A stretch of DNA of 64,000 nucleotides from an uncultured Rhodocyclaceae bacterium (GTDB lineage: Bacteria; Pseudomonadota; Gammaproteobacteria; Burkholderiales; Rhodocyclaceae). Under the pieces are notes generated by a model. The model worked only from the letters and a program-made list of their open reading frames with translations, was not told the DNA's origin and did no database searches. The DNA lies in NCBI GenBank assembly GCA_964499485.1, contig CAZCLF010000005.1:27335-91334 (forward strand), written 5' to 3'. Both the position numbers and the translations under genes were made by a program. Position 1 is the stretch's first letter. Each line of letters opens with the position of its first letter. Shown here piece after piece: positions 11,007-21,038 of this stretch.

Positions 11007-12716
11007 ATGCACAAGATAGACCTTGTTTTTTTATGGCACATGCACCAACCGGATTACCGCGACCACAGTCGGCCCGGTGCACCAGAGTTCGTGCTGCCTT
11101 GGGTCTATCTACATGCCATCAAGGATTACACGGATATGGCCGCTCATCTAGAGCGGCACCCACAGGTGCGCGCAGTCATCAACTTTGTGCCGGTGTTAGC
11201 CGAGCAGATTGAGGACTATGCTGGCCAGTTCGATAGCGGCGATTTTCGCGACCCACTTCTACGCTTACTCGCCACGCCCGAGGGCGGCGTGCTTGCGGCG
11301 GAAGACAAACGCCTGCTGCTGGATGCCTGCTTCCGCGCCAACCATGCCACCATGCTGGAGCCCTTTCCTGACTACCAGCGCCTGCATGCCTTGTTTAACA
11401 GTCTGGGCAGCCCTGCGGATAACGAACCTGCGCTCGACTATCTCTCGGAGAGCTACTACTTTGATTTGGTGACGTGGTATCACCTCGCATGGAGTGGTGA
11501 ATCCGAGCGCCGTGCCGAGCCCTTGTTACAGGCCCTCATTACCAAGGGCCAAGGGTTCAGCATTGGAGATCGGCATGCGCTATTAGCGTGGATCGGGCGC
11601 ACGTTACGCAACATCATTCCGCGCTACAAGGCACTGGCCAAGCGCGGACAGATTGAGCTCTCCTGTACGCCACAGACCCACCCCCTCAGCCCACTGCTAC
11701 TCGATCTCCGTGCCGGGCAAGAAACGGTGCCAGATGCACCTGCACCGAGCGCACCAGCGTATCCGGGTGGAGGGGAGCGCGTGCGTCGCCACATTCTCAT
11801 GGCGCTCGATAGCCATACAAAACGCTTTGGCGCACCTCCGGTTGGCCTGTGGCCGGCAGAAGGCGCGGTCTCAACCGAGTTTGCGCGCCAGTTAGCGGCA
11901 GAAGGCGTACGCTGGATTGCCAGCGGAGAAGGGGTACTGCACAACAGTCTGAATAAGGCGCAGATGCAAGTTGCGCATCCTGCTTGGCAGCCGTGGAAGC
12001 TCGATCGTGCGCCGGGTCTGACATTGTTTTTCCGTGATGAGCACCTGTCCGACCTCATCGGATTTGAATACGGCAAATGGCATAGCGGCGAAGCGGCCCA
12101 TCACTTCGTCGAGCAAGTTGCCAACACCGTGAATATAGCGCCGGGCGCCGAGCATGAAGGGCAAAAGCCCATGGTCGCCGTGATTCTCGATGGCGAGAAT
12201 GCATGGGAACACTATCCCTATAACGGCTGGTATTTTTTCGAAGAGCTGTACACATTGCTCGCTGTCCATGACGGTATCCGCACTACCACCTTTGCCACAC
12301 TGCTGAACGAGCGCCCCGCGCCCAGCGCGACGCTGCCTGCGCTGACAGCCGGTAGCTGGGTATATGGAACACTCTCAACGTGGGTCGGCGACGCGGCTAA
12401 GAATCGCGCATGGGATCTGTTGGTGGCAGCCAAAGTGGCTTACGACGAAGTCATGCAAGCACGCGCGCTCAGCACCGAACAGGTCAAGGCGGCGGAGTCC
12501 CAACTCGCCATCTGCGAAAGCTCAGACTGGTTCTGGTGGTTTGGTGACTACAACCCCGGCCCCTCGGTAGACAGCTTTGATCGGTTGTACCGACGCAACC
12601 TCGCTAACCTGTATCGATGTTTGCAGCTTGATCCCCCAGCCATTCTTGATACACCTATTTCCATCGGCAGCAGTGGTCAGGCCGAAGGTGGCGGCACCAT
12701 GCGCCGCGCCAGTTAA
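11007..12716 (+). CDS. Glycoside hydrolase family 57 protein (AmyC-like alpha-amylase/amylopullulanase type)
   Basis: GH57 conserved regions are present: WHMHQP near the N-terminus, LWPAEGAVS (nucleophile Glu region) and ILDGENAWEHY (acid/base Asp region). Confidence 0.8.
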   Translation: MHKIDLVFLWHMHQPDYRDHSRPGAPEFVLPWVYLHAIKDYTDMAAHLERHPQVRAVINFVPVLAEQIEDYAGQFDSGDFRDPLLRLLATPEGGVLAAEDKRLLLDACFRANHATMLEPFPDYQRLHALFNSLGSPADNEPALDYLSESYYFDLVTWYHLAWSGESERRAEPLLQALITKGQGFSIGDRHALLAWIGRTLRNIIPRYKALAKRGQIELSCTPQTHPLSPLLLDLRAGQETVPDAPAPSAPAYPGGGERVRRHILMALDSHTKRFGAPPVGLWPAEGAVSTEFARQLAAEGVRWIASGEGVLHNSLNKAQMQVAHPAWQPWKLDRAPGLTLFFRDEHLSDLIGFEYGKWHSGEAAHHFVEQVANTVNIAPGAEHEGQKPMVAVILDGENAWEHYPYNGWYFFEELYTLLAVHDGIRTTTFATLLNERPAPSATLPALTAGSWVYGTLSTWVGDAAKNRAWDLLVAAKVAYDEVMQARALSTEQVKAAESQLAICESSDWFWWFGDYNPGPSVDSFDRLYRRNLANLYRCLQLDPPAILDTPISIGSSGQAEGGGTMRRAS

Positions 12717-12733
12717 GCCCAGCAAGGATAACC

Positions 12734-14731
12734 ATGACGATCTCCCTCCTCTTCGGCGTCCACGCACACCAACCGGTGGGTAATTTCACCGAGGTGATTG
12801 ACGATGCACATGTGCGTTGCTATGGCATGTTCATCCGTGTATTGCACAAGTATCCAGCCTTCCGATTCAGCGTACATTTCTCAGGCTGGCTGCTCGACCT
12901 CTTATACGAGCGCCATCCAGAAGACATGAAATTACTTGCGGAGATGACCGCGCGCGGTCAGGTCGAGTGGTTCGGCTCTGGTGATTGCGAGCCGGTCCTC
13001 GCCGCAATTCCGCACCGAGACCGTCTGACACAGATCGAAACCCTATCGGCCAAGATCGCCCGCTACACTGGCACACGCCCGCGCGGCGCCTGGCTGACTG
13101 AACGCGTGTGGGAGTCAGCCGTGGCTGCCTCCTTAGCCGAAGCCGGGATTGAGTATGTGGCCGTGGATGACTACCACTTCCTGTGCACCGGCGCGCGCGC
13201 CGACACGCTGGACAGCTTCTACACCACCGAGGAAAGCGGTCGCACGCTCGATCTCTTCCCCATCTCCGAACAAGCGCGTTATCGCATTCCCTTTGCACCG
13301 GCACATGAGGTCGTCGCCTGGATGGAAGATCTGGCACGACAGGGGCAGCGCGCCGTAGTGTATTTCGATGACATCGAGAAATTCGGCATCTGGCCAGAAA
13401 CCTTCAACTGGGTCTATGAGCGCGGCTGGTTGGCCCAGTTCATCGAGGGCGTCTTGGCATCTCCACTAATCCGTACCGACACGTATGCCGATTACCACGC
13501 AGCGAATACCACCAGCGGTATTGTTTATCTGCCCACCACGTCGTACATCGAGATGAACGAATGGTCGCTGCCGGGTGCGGCAGCGGGGACGTATCACGCA
13601 CTCGTGGAAAGTGAAAAGCAGCAAGGGCGCTTTGAGGCGCACAAGCCGTTCCTGCGCGGCGGCATCTGGCGTAACTTTTTCTCACGCTATCCCGAGTCGA
13701 ACTGGATGCACAAGCGCATGCTGGAGGCATCTGAACGTTATGCTGCGCTCAACCCAGCGCAGAAAACAACTGAGTTGCAGGAGCTACTGCACCGCGCACA
13801 AGCCAATGATGCGTTCTGGCACGGGCTGTTCGGTGGCTTATATCTGCCGCACCTGCGCCGCGCTATCTGGAACAACCTGCTGATGCTTGAAGCCCGCCTG
13901 GATGCTATTGCGCCGCGCCCGGCAGTCTTCAGTGCCGATCGCGATCTGGACGGGCATGCGGAAGTATTTATCGCCAACCCACAGTTGCTGGCCATCATCC
14001 GTCCCGATAGCGATGCGGCGCTGGTTGAACTCTCCAGCTACCCGCTCGCGCACAATTTTGGTGACACCCTACGCCGTTATGAAGAGGGCTATCACGCCCG
14101 TATCGTTGCAGCCGATCCGGCAGCCCATTCCGCAAATACTGAGGGTGCAGGCATTGCCTCGGCCCATGATCGAATTGCCTTCAAGCATGTCATCACGGCC
14201 ACCGATGTTGTGCCGGATGCACGCCCACGTGGCATGTTTGTGGATACCTGGCTAAGCAATAACAATGCGGACACACCGGTGTATGTCATGACCGGTGCAG
14301 CAAGCTATCGGGCCGAAAGTGAAGAAGTCACGCTGCACAAACAATATGTGATTGAACAGGACTGCCTAAAAGTCACTTACACCGCATCCTCTGCCGGCCT
14401 GCTGCAGACCGAGCTCAACCTAGCCATGCCCAGCTGTGACGGCTATGCCGGCCGCTATGTGCTTGCTGATGGTCGCATTCCCTGCGGCTTTGGGCAGGCA
14501 CTTGACCTGGAGGCAGCAACCCAGCTCAGTCTGGTCGATGGCGTGCTCGGTGGCAAAATCATTCTCAAGAGCAACCTGCCCATCCGTATCAGCGCACGGC
14601 CACACTTCACTGTGTCGCAATCCGAAGCGGGCTTCGAGAAAGTCATGCAGGCCGCAACGCTGACGCTCAGTTGGCGCGCAGCGGCAGGCCATACCTTGGA
14701 GTTAACCTTGACACCCCTAGTCGGTGAATGA
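12734..14731 (+). CDS. GH57-type 4-alpha-glucanotransferase / alpha-amylase domain protein
   Basis: GVHAHQPVGNF, AWLTERVWES (nucleophile Glu) and VVYFDDIEKFG (Asp, DD.EKFG form) are typical of GH57 glucanotransferases. The size of 665 aa also fits. Confidence 0.75.
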   Translation: MTISLLFGVHAHQPVGNFTEVIDDAHVRCYGMFIRVLHKYPAFRFSVHFSGWLLDLLYERHPEDMKLLAEMTARGQVEWFGSGDCEPVLAAIPHRDRLTQIETLSAKIARYTGTRPRGAWLTERVWESAVAASLAEAGIEYVAVDDYHFLCTGARADTLDSFYTTEESGRTLDLFPISEQARYRIPFAPAHEVVAWMEDLARQGQRAVVYFDDIEKFGIWPETFNWVYERGWLAQFIEGVLASPLIRTDTYADYHAANTTSGIVYLPTTSYIEMNEWSLPGAAAGTYHALVESEKQQGRFEAHKPFLRGGIWRNFFSRYPESNWMHKRMLEASERYAALNPAQKTTELQELLHRAQANDAFWHGLFGGLYLPHLRRAIWNNLLMLEARLDAIAPRPAVFSADRDLDGHAEVFIANPQLLAIIRPDSDAALVELSSYPLAHNFGDTLRRYEEGYHARIVAADPAAHSANTEGAGIASAHDRIAFKHVITATDVVPDARPRGMFVDTWLSNNNADTPVYVMTGAASYRAESEEVTLHKQYVIEQDCLKVTYTASSAGLLQTELNLAMPSCDGYAGRYVLADGRIPCGFGQALDLEAATQLSLVDGVLGGKIILKSNLPIRISARPHFTVSQSEAGFEKVMQAATLTLSWRAAAGHTLELTLTPLVGE

Positions 14732-14825
14732 GTCGGGCTGTGCATTTGCCGCACAAAGTGTGGCCTCAGGTAAAGTCTGACCCTATTGAATCAACTTGCT
14801 TCGCCCTTGTAATGGAACTGATGTC

Positions 14826-16409
14826 ATGGCGCTAAATTCAACCCCGGCTTGGCGTGCGCTGGTCGCACATACGGCACCGCCGCTGCCGCATTTGCGCGAC
14901 CTCTTCGCCGCTGATCCAACGCGCTTCTCGCGCTTCTCGGTCAGCTTTGACGGATGGTTGCTCGACTACTCAAAGCAACGGGTGAATAGCGAGACCATGA
15001 GCTTGCTCGGTGCGCTCTGGCAAAGCGCCGATGTGCATGGCTGGATCAACCGCATGCAAGCGGGCGCCGCAATCAACCACACAGAGGCACGTGCCGTCGG
15101 CCACACATGGCTGCGCGCGCCGCTGCCGCGACCGGAAGTTTCCGCCGTCCTGCAGCAGATGAAGGCCTTTTGCGAAGCAATTCATTCGGGCCAATGGCGA
15201 GGGGCCACGGGTGAGCACATCACCGATATTGTGAATATTGGGATTGGTGGCTCCGATCTTGGACCGCGCATGGTGACGCAGGCGCTGGGGACGCATGCGG
15301 TGGACAGCATCTCCGTGCATTACGTTGCGAATCTGGACAGCGCCGACCTTGCCGCCACGCTGAAGAAGCTGCGCCCAGCCAACACGCTATTCATTGTGTG
15401 CAGCAAGACTTTCACCACACAGGAAACCATGCAGAACGCCACCTCGGCGCGACAATGGTTAGTGGCAGCCTTGGGAGAGTTGGCGGTGGCAAAACACTTT
15501 GTCGCGGTCTCCACCAATCTTGAAGCTGTTGCCGCATTCGGGATAGACCCCGCCAATGCGTTTGCCTTCTGGGATTGGGTGGGGGGGCGTTACTCCCTGT
15601 GGTCGGCTGTTGGGCTATCGACCGCCCTCGCCATTGGCTTTGCCAATTTTGAACAGTTGCTCGCTGGTGCTGCGGCGATGGACGAGCATTTCTTCACCGC
15701 GCCAGTGGGTCAAAATCTGCCCGCCTTGCTAGGCCTCCTGCAAGTATGGAATACCAGTTTTCTGGGTGCGCCCACACAAGCGATCCTGCCCTACAGTCAA
15801 TCACTGGAGCTATTGCCCCGCCATCTGCAGCAGCTAGAAATGGAATCCAATGGCAAGCGTGTCGACCGCGAGGGCAATGAACTGCCTGCGCCCGCCTGCC
15901 CGGTCATCTGGGGTGAACCCGGTACCAATGGCCAGCATGCGTTCTATCAACTCATTCATCAGGGCGGTCGTCTGATCCCCTGCGACTTCATTGCCGTCAA
16001 AACGCCTGATTATGCGTTGGCAGGGCATCACAGCAAACTACTCGCCAATTGCTTCGCGCAGAGCGAGGCGCTGATGCGCGGCAAGACCTTGGCTGAAGCG
16101 CAGGTTGAACTCGGCCCCGAAGGTGCCGCTCTCGCCCCCTACAAGGTTTTCCCGGGCAACCAGCCCTCCACCACCTTGTTGATGCCGGCAATCACGCCAT
16201 ACTCCGTAGGTCAGTTGGTTGCGCTGTATGAACACAAGGTGTTTGTTGCCGGCTGCCTATGGGATATCAACGCCTTTGATCAATGGGGAGTCGAGTACGG
16301 AAAGCAACTTGCTGCGCGCTTGCTCCCCCTGTTGGAAGGCCAGCCTGCTGGTCATGAACTAGACAGTTCAACAGCGGGATTGATTGCGGCAAGCCTGAGC
16401 AAGCAATGA
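14826..16409 (+). CDS. pgi: Glucose-6-phosphate isomerase
   Basis: The Pgi signature regions DIVNIGIGGSDLGP, FIVCSKTFTT.ET and LE.ESNGK are present. The in-frame ATG at 14826 is preferred to the TTG at 14796. Confidence 0.92.
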   Translation: MALNSTPAWRALVAHTAPPLPHLRDLFAADPTRFSRFSVSFDGWLLDYSKQRVNSETMSLLGALWQSADVHGWINRMQAGAAINHTEARAVGHTWLRAPLPRPEVSAVLQQMKAFCEAIHSGQWRGATGEHITDIVNIGIGGSDLGPRMVTQALGTHAVDSISVHYVANLDSADLAATLKKLRPANTLFIVCSKTFTTQETMQNATSARQWLVAALGELAVAKHFVAVSTNLEAVAAFGIDPANAFAFWDWVGGRYSLWSAVGLSTALAIGFANFEQLLAGAAAMDEHFFTAPVGQNLPALLGLLQVWNTSFLGAPTQAILPYSQSLELLPRHLQQLEMESNGKRVDREGNELPAPACPVIWGEPGTNGQHAFYQLIHQGGRLIPCDFIAVKTPDYALAGHHSKLLANCFAQSEALMRGKTLAEAQVELGPEGAALAPYKVFPGNQPSTTLLMPAITPYSVGQLVALYEHKVFVAGCLWDINAFDQWGVEYGKQLAARLLPLLEGQPAGHELDSSTAGLIAASLSKQ

Positions 16410-16891
16410 TGAAATTACTGCGCTTGGCGTTGCCATCATTCCTCTTGACCGTGTTGTTCGCCCTGAGCAGCAACGCCCTTGCACAAGCTGTCACCCAAGC
16501 CGAGGCCAAAGCCTTCTTCAAACAATACGTGGCCTTGAGCGACGCCTTTGATGACGCACTGGTTGATCTTTACTCGCCCGCTGCCAGTATTGTTGGGCTG
16601 CGGCGTGAAGACAACGGCGACACGACAAAGCAGGAACTCACAGGTGCGCAATGGCAACAATTGCTTAGCTTCAATCTGGCCAAGGCCAAGAAGCGCAATG
16701 AGCGCTCGACTTACAGTCAGCTACGCTTCACGCCACAGGACAAGGCAATGAAGATTACAGCGGATCGTTATTCCATCCGCAAATGCTTTACCGACAGTGC
16801 TTACTTCATGGTGGTCGCACGCCGCGCGGATAAGCGCCTGCACATCGTCGAGGAAACCTTTGCGACCCACTTGCCGGATCAGTGCCGCTGA
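16406..16891 (+). CDS. Secreted hypothetical protein with a signal peptide, embedded in the glycogen operon
   Basis: MMKLLRLALPSFLLTVLFALSSNALA|QA is a Sec signal peptide. An ATGA overlap couples it to the pgi stop. I recognise no family. Confidence 0.5.
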   Translation: MMKLLRLALPSFLLTVLFALSSNALAQAVTQAEAKAFFKQYVALSDAFDDALVDLYSPAASIVGLRREDNGDTTKQELTGAQWQQLLSFNLAKAKKRNERSTYSQLRFTPQDKAMKITADRYSIRKCFTDSAYFMVVARRADKRLHIVEETFATHLPDQCR

Positions 16892-16912
16892 TCGGTTTTA
16901 TTCCTTTCGCCA

Positions 16913-18343
16913 ATGAACATTCTTTTCGCTACCTCTGAGATTGCACCCTGGGTTAAAACCGGGGGTCTAGGTGATGTGGCTGCTGCCTTGCCACCGGCCC
17001 TGCGTCGGGCGGGCATGGATGTACGCGTGCTGGTGCCTTTTTATCCTGCATTAGCAGCAGCCTTCCCAGATGCCCCCATCGTTGCCGAGCTACCCGCGAC
17101 CGCGGGTGCCTTCCCCGGCGCAGCCTTGCGCAGTGCCACGGCGCCTGATGGCACACCCTTGTTGCTGTTGGATTGCATGGCCTGCTACACGCGCAGCGGC
17201 AACCCGTATCTCGGCAGCGACGGGCGCGACTGGCATGACAATGCGGTACGCTTCGGCTTGCTCTCCTATGTTGCGGCATTGCTCGCGAGCACCGCAAACC
17301 CGCTTGCTTGGGAGGTCGATGTGTTGCATTGCCACGACTGGCAAACGGCACTCGCGCCTGTGTACCTGCGCTATGTGCTGAAGCCTCGTGCAAAGTCAGT
17401 ATTGACCATTCACAACCTTGCCTTTCAGGGTTTATTCGGCGCACATACTTTGCGTGAACTGGGCTTACCACCACAGGCCTGGAGCATGGAAGGCGTGGAG
17501 TACTACGGGCACCTCTCTTTTCTTAAAGGTGGGCTGCAGCATGCTGACCACATCACCACCGTCAGCCCAACCTATGCGCGCGAAATTCAAACGGATACCG
17601 ATGGCATGGGGCTGGCTGGCTTGCTGCGGTATCGCAGCCATGTGCTGACCGGCATCCTGAACGGGATTGATACTGAGCAATGGGACCCCAGCATCGACCC
17701 GCATCTGCCCGTGCATTACAAGGCCAGCACACTGGCGCGCAAAGAGGAGCTCAAAAGTAAACTGCAACATACACTAGGGCTGGCTGCCACGAATGACCGC
17801 CCCTTGTTCGGTGTCGTGAGTCGCTTGTCTGGTCAAAAGGGACTGGATCTACTCTTGGCTTGTGCAGATGAACTGATTGCCTTGCCTGCGCAGCTGGTTG
17901 TCCTGGGCAGTGGCGATGCGGCACTGGAAAATGCCTTCCGAGAACTTGCCCTTCGCCATCCGGGGCAGGTTGCCGTCAAGATCGGTTTTGATGAAGGCCT
18001 GGCGCATTTGATCGAGGCAGGCATTGATGCCTTCATCATGCCATCGCGATTCGAGCCCTGCGGGCTGAACCAAATGTATAGCCTGCGCTATGGCACCCCG
18101 CCCATCGTACGCGCGACGGGTGGCCTCGCGGACACAGTGATTGATGCAGACGACAAGACATTGGGTAACGGCTTTGTATTTAGCCGGGCTGAGCCAGCCG
18201 AGCTGTTGGCAACGCTGCGCCGTGCTGCCGATATGTGGTCCCGTTCTCGCCTATGGCGCCAATTGCAGAAGAATGGCATGGCTGCTGATCACGGCTGGGA
18301 TCAGCCAGCGCAGACCTATGTGAACCTCTACCGCGCTTTATAA
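16913..18343 (+). CDS. glgA: Glycogen synthase GlgA (GT5)
   Basis: The N-terminal SEIAPWVKTGGLGDV (KTGGL motif) and the C-terminal PSRFEPCGL.Q.Y..RYGT.PIVR.TGGLADTV are present. Confidence 0.92.
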   Translation: MNILFATSEIAPWVKTGGLGDVAAALPPALRRAGMDVRVLVPFYPALAAAFPDAPIVAELPATAGAFPGAALRSATAPDGTPLLLLDCMACYTRSGNPYLGSDGRDWHDNAVRFGLLSYVAALLASTANPLAWEVDVLHCHDWQTALAPVYLRYVLKPRAKSVLTIHNLAFQGLFGAHTLRELGLPPQAWSMEGVEYYGHLSFLKGGLQHADHITTVSPTYAREIQTDTDGMGLAGLLRYRSHVLTGILNGIDTEQWDPSIDPHLPVHYKASTLARKEELKSKLQHTLGLAATNDRPLFGVVSRLSGQKGLDLLLACADELIALPAQLVVLGSGDAALENAFRELALRHPGQVAVKIGFDEGLAHLIEAGIDAFIMPSRFEPCGLNQMYSLRYGTPPIVRATGGLADTVIDADDKTLGNGFVFSRAEPAELLATLRRAADMWSRSRLWRQLQKNGMAADHGWDQPAQTYVNLYRAL

Positions 18344-18354
18344 TCCAACACACT

Positions 18355-18870
18355 ATGTCTGAACACAATCCACAAATTATCCTCATCGCTTGCATCGCAG
18401 CGAATGGCATCATCGGTCGTACCGACAATGGCGCAGCCACTTTGCCTTGGCATCTGCCCGAAGATTTGAAGCACTTCCGCGAACTCACCAACGGCCATGC
18501 TGTGGTGATGGGGCGTAAAACGTGGGAATCGCTGCCTGAGAAATTCCGGCCACTTCCGAATCGCCGCAATCTGGTCATCTCGCGCAATCCGGACTACGTC
18601 GCCCCCGGCGCGGAAGTTTTTGATTCCATCGCTAACGCCCATGCCGCTTGTCGGAATAGCGAAAAGTTCTTTGTTATTGGTGGCGCAGAGCTCTATACAC
18701 AAGCCATCAAAGATGCGGATAGTCTGGAGCTGACTGAGTTACATCAACCCTTTGAAGGCGATACCACCTTCCCTGATTTCGACCGCGATCAATGGCAGCA
18801 GGTTTTCCGTAGTTGCCACCGTAGTGAAACCGGCCTCGACTTCGACTTCGTTAGTTACGTGCGTCGTTGA
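18355..18870 (+). CDS. folA: Dihydrofolate reductase
   Basis: IGR.......LPWHLPEDLKHFRELT.GH.VVMGRKTWESLP and FVIGGAELY are DHFR motifs. Confidence 0.9.
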   Translation: MSEHNPQIILIACIAANGIIGRTDNGAATLPWHLPEDLKHFRELTNGHAVVMGRKTWESLPEKFRPLPNRRNLVISRNPDYVAPGAEVFDSIANAHAACRNSEKFFVIGGAELYTQAIKDADSLELTELHQPFEGDTTFPDFDRDQWQQVFRSCHRSETGLDFDFVSYVRR

Positions 18871-21004
18871 TACTGCCTGACCACGCGGGGACATCAAAGT
18901 CCTCCGGGGGTAGGCCAGCTATGTGGCGTTCCCACATCATTGCATAGGCGGTTTCGATTTCACGAACACGCCGTTCTGGGCAGAACAGGTTGCTCTCTGC
19001 ATAGTGAGCAACTTTCTCTCTCAGAGCGTTCCGCCATTCTGTATCTCTTGCCATCCGTACTACCAATCGCTTGTAGTCTGCGACTGTCGAGGCAATCAAT
19101 TCTTTGAGTCCGTGTGCTGCGAGCATGCTTGCTGCCACCCGTGATACAACCTGTGTGCCTGGAGCGGTGACAACAGGAACGCCTGCACCTAAAGCGTCAA
19201 TTGTCGTTGTATGCCCGTTGTAGGCGAGCGTGTCGAGATGGATATCTACCAACTGGTAACGTGCCAAGTGTTCACGGTTTGGCTTCGGTGGAGCGAAAAT
19301 TAAACGCTCCGGATTGACTCCATGTTCCAATGCCTCTGCGCACAGGTTAGCTCTTTGTTGTGGCACCTCCTCCAACAACCACAGCACCGCCTCCGGCAGC
19401 TCTTTTAGCAACGCCATCCACACTGAAAAACTACAGGGATCCAGTTTTTTTGGTCGATGTAATGCGCCCAGAATGAGCGCGTTTGTTGGCAGTCCGCAAT
19501 CCACTCGCTGGGGCGCTCGCAATGGCTCTGGCATTTCGCAGTGATAAGAGCAGTTGGGAAGGTATGCAATGTGCTCATCCCAAAAATCACGTACTTCCGG
19601 TAAAAGAATAATGCGATCAAGCAGGGTGTAATCGATCCATGGCGCCCCTTGGGTCCCCATGAAATCCATATAGGAGATCTGGATTGGTGCAGGTTTGAGT
19701 GCCATTACCGCAGGGCGTGCATTCAACATGTACCCAGACAGGTCAATGAGGATATCGATACCATCATTCACCATCATCTGCGCAATGGCGGCTGAAGGTA
19801 AATGGGCAACCTCCCTGAACACATCAACCCCATTTTTGACACGTAATCGCTCAGGGCTATCGTTGGGCTGATCCAGGCCATAGGCGAAAACATCGAAGCG
19901 TGAACGATCGTGCCGCGCGTAGATATTTCCCATCAGGCGGGCATTCGGGTGGGGCGAAAAGCACCCAGCTGCATAAGCAATCCTCAGTCGCTCTCGCCCA
20001 GTTCGGTGGTTGCGATGCAGTCGAATATCCGCCACCTCCCGTGATGTTCGGGCTGCAATCTGGCGACACACCTGACGTCTGAGCGCATCATTAACGGGAT
20101 CCGGCATCCCCAAAGCCGTGTAAGCGGCCTCAGGAAAGTCGAGGGGGGGCGGACCCAACTTCCCATTCACGAGATCAGCGTAGCACTGAATATCTGCTGA
20201 ATAATTGCCCCACTTACATATTGACTGGTCTTCATTCAATACAAATAAAAAGACACGTTCTGGACTTGGGTCCGAGTAGCCAGTTGCAACATCATGTACT
20301 AAAGGACTTTGGTAGGTGCTGACGAGTCCGGGTTCTGCGGCTAACGCTCTGAGCCGCTCACTATAGGCCTCTCTGATCTGGCCATCAGCTGCAAGCGCTA
20401 TCGACAACGCATATCGGGCGCGATGAAACTCTGCAGACAGTGCCAGCGCTTGTCTGAATGCATTTGCCGCTTCTTTGGGTTTTGCCAACCCCAGCAACAG
20501 GTCGCCCTGATTGAAACGTATCCAAGCATCTTGAGCGTAATGTGAGACGGCATCAGCCGCGGCCTCTTGAGCCTCCGCTTGACGAGAAAGCTTTGCTAGC
20601 AGCAATGGGCGGTTACGCAAGGCACCATAATGCGACGAGCTTATTGCCAAGACTTTGTCGTAACAATGAAGTGCCGCGGCATGCTCGTTCAGTACCGACA
20701 ACACAACCCCAGTATTGAACAAGCTGTCGGTATGTTCGCTATTTACTGACAAGGCAGCTTCACATGCCTTAAGTGCCTTTTTGGGTAACTGTAAGCGTAA
20801 GCAGATATCGCTAATACGATGCCATGCCTCAATATCTGCGGGGGATTGCTCGGTCAGTATTTGTAGTGCAGCAAGTGCATCTTCAAGTGCCCCCTGAGCA
20901 TGCAATGTTCTTGCTGTTTCGCGAAGGGCCTGCTGATCTAGGCGATAGAATGGATGATCAGTTCGGGTATGCGCATAGTATGCGTCGTTCGTTTCAACAG
21001 TCAT
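18851..21004 (-). CDS. TPR-repeat protein fused to an O-GlcNAc-transferase-like (GT41, SPINDLY/COG3914-type) domain
   Basis: The N-terminal ~250 aa are TPR-like helical repeats. The C-terminal half carries the Spy-type signature ...LDTLAYNGHTTTIDALGAGVPVVTAPG....SRVAASML.A.GL.ELIA....DY..L...A.D. The start is assumed at Met17 (21004). The 3' end overlaps folA by 20 bp, convergent. Confidence 0.7.
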   Translation of the reverse strand: MTVETNDAYYAHTRTDHPFYRLDQQALRETARTLHAQGALEDALAALQILTEQSPADIEAWHRISDICLRLQLPKKALKACEAALSVNSEHTDSLFNTGVVLSVLNEHAAALHCYDKVLAISSSHYGALRNRPLLLAKLSRQAEAQEAAADAVSHYAQDAWIRFNQGDLLLGLAKPKEAANAFRQALALSAEFHRARYALSIALAADGQIREAYSERLRALAAEPGLVSTYQSPLVHDVATGYSDPSPERVFLFVLNEDQSICKWGNYSADIQCYADLVNGKLGPPPLDFPEAAYTALGMPDPVNDALRRQVCRQIAARTSREVADIRLHRNHRTGRERLRIAYAAGCFSPHPNARLMGNIYARHDRSRFDVFAYGLDQPNDSPERLRVKNGVDVFREVAHLPSAAIAQMMVNDGIDILIDLSGYMLNARPAVMALKPAPIQISYMDFMGTQGAPWIDYTLLDRIILLPEVRDFWDEHIAYLPNCSYHCEMPEPLRAPQRVDCGLPTNALILGALHRPKKLDPCSFSVWMALLKELPEAVLWLLEEVPQQRANLCAEALEHGVNPERLIFAPPKPNREHLARYQLVDIHLDTLAYNGHTTTIDALGAGVPVVTAPGTQVVSRVAASMLAAHGLKELIASTVADYKRLVVRMARDTEWRNALREKVAHYAESNLFCPERRVREIETAYAMMWERHIAGLPPEDFDVPAWSGSINDARN

Positions 21005-21038
21005 GGCAGCATGTTGCCACACTCCATTTTCTTTGCCT

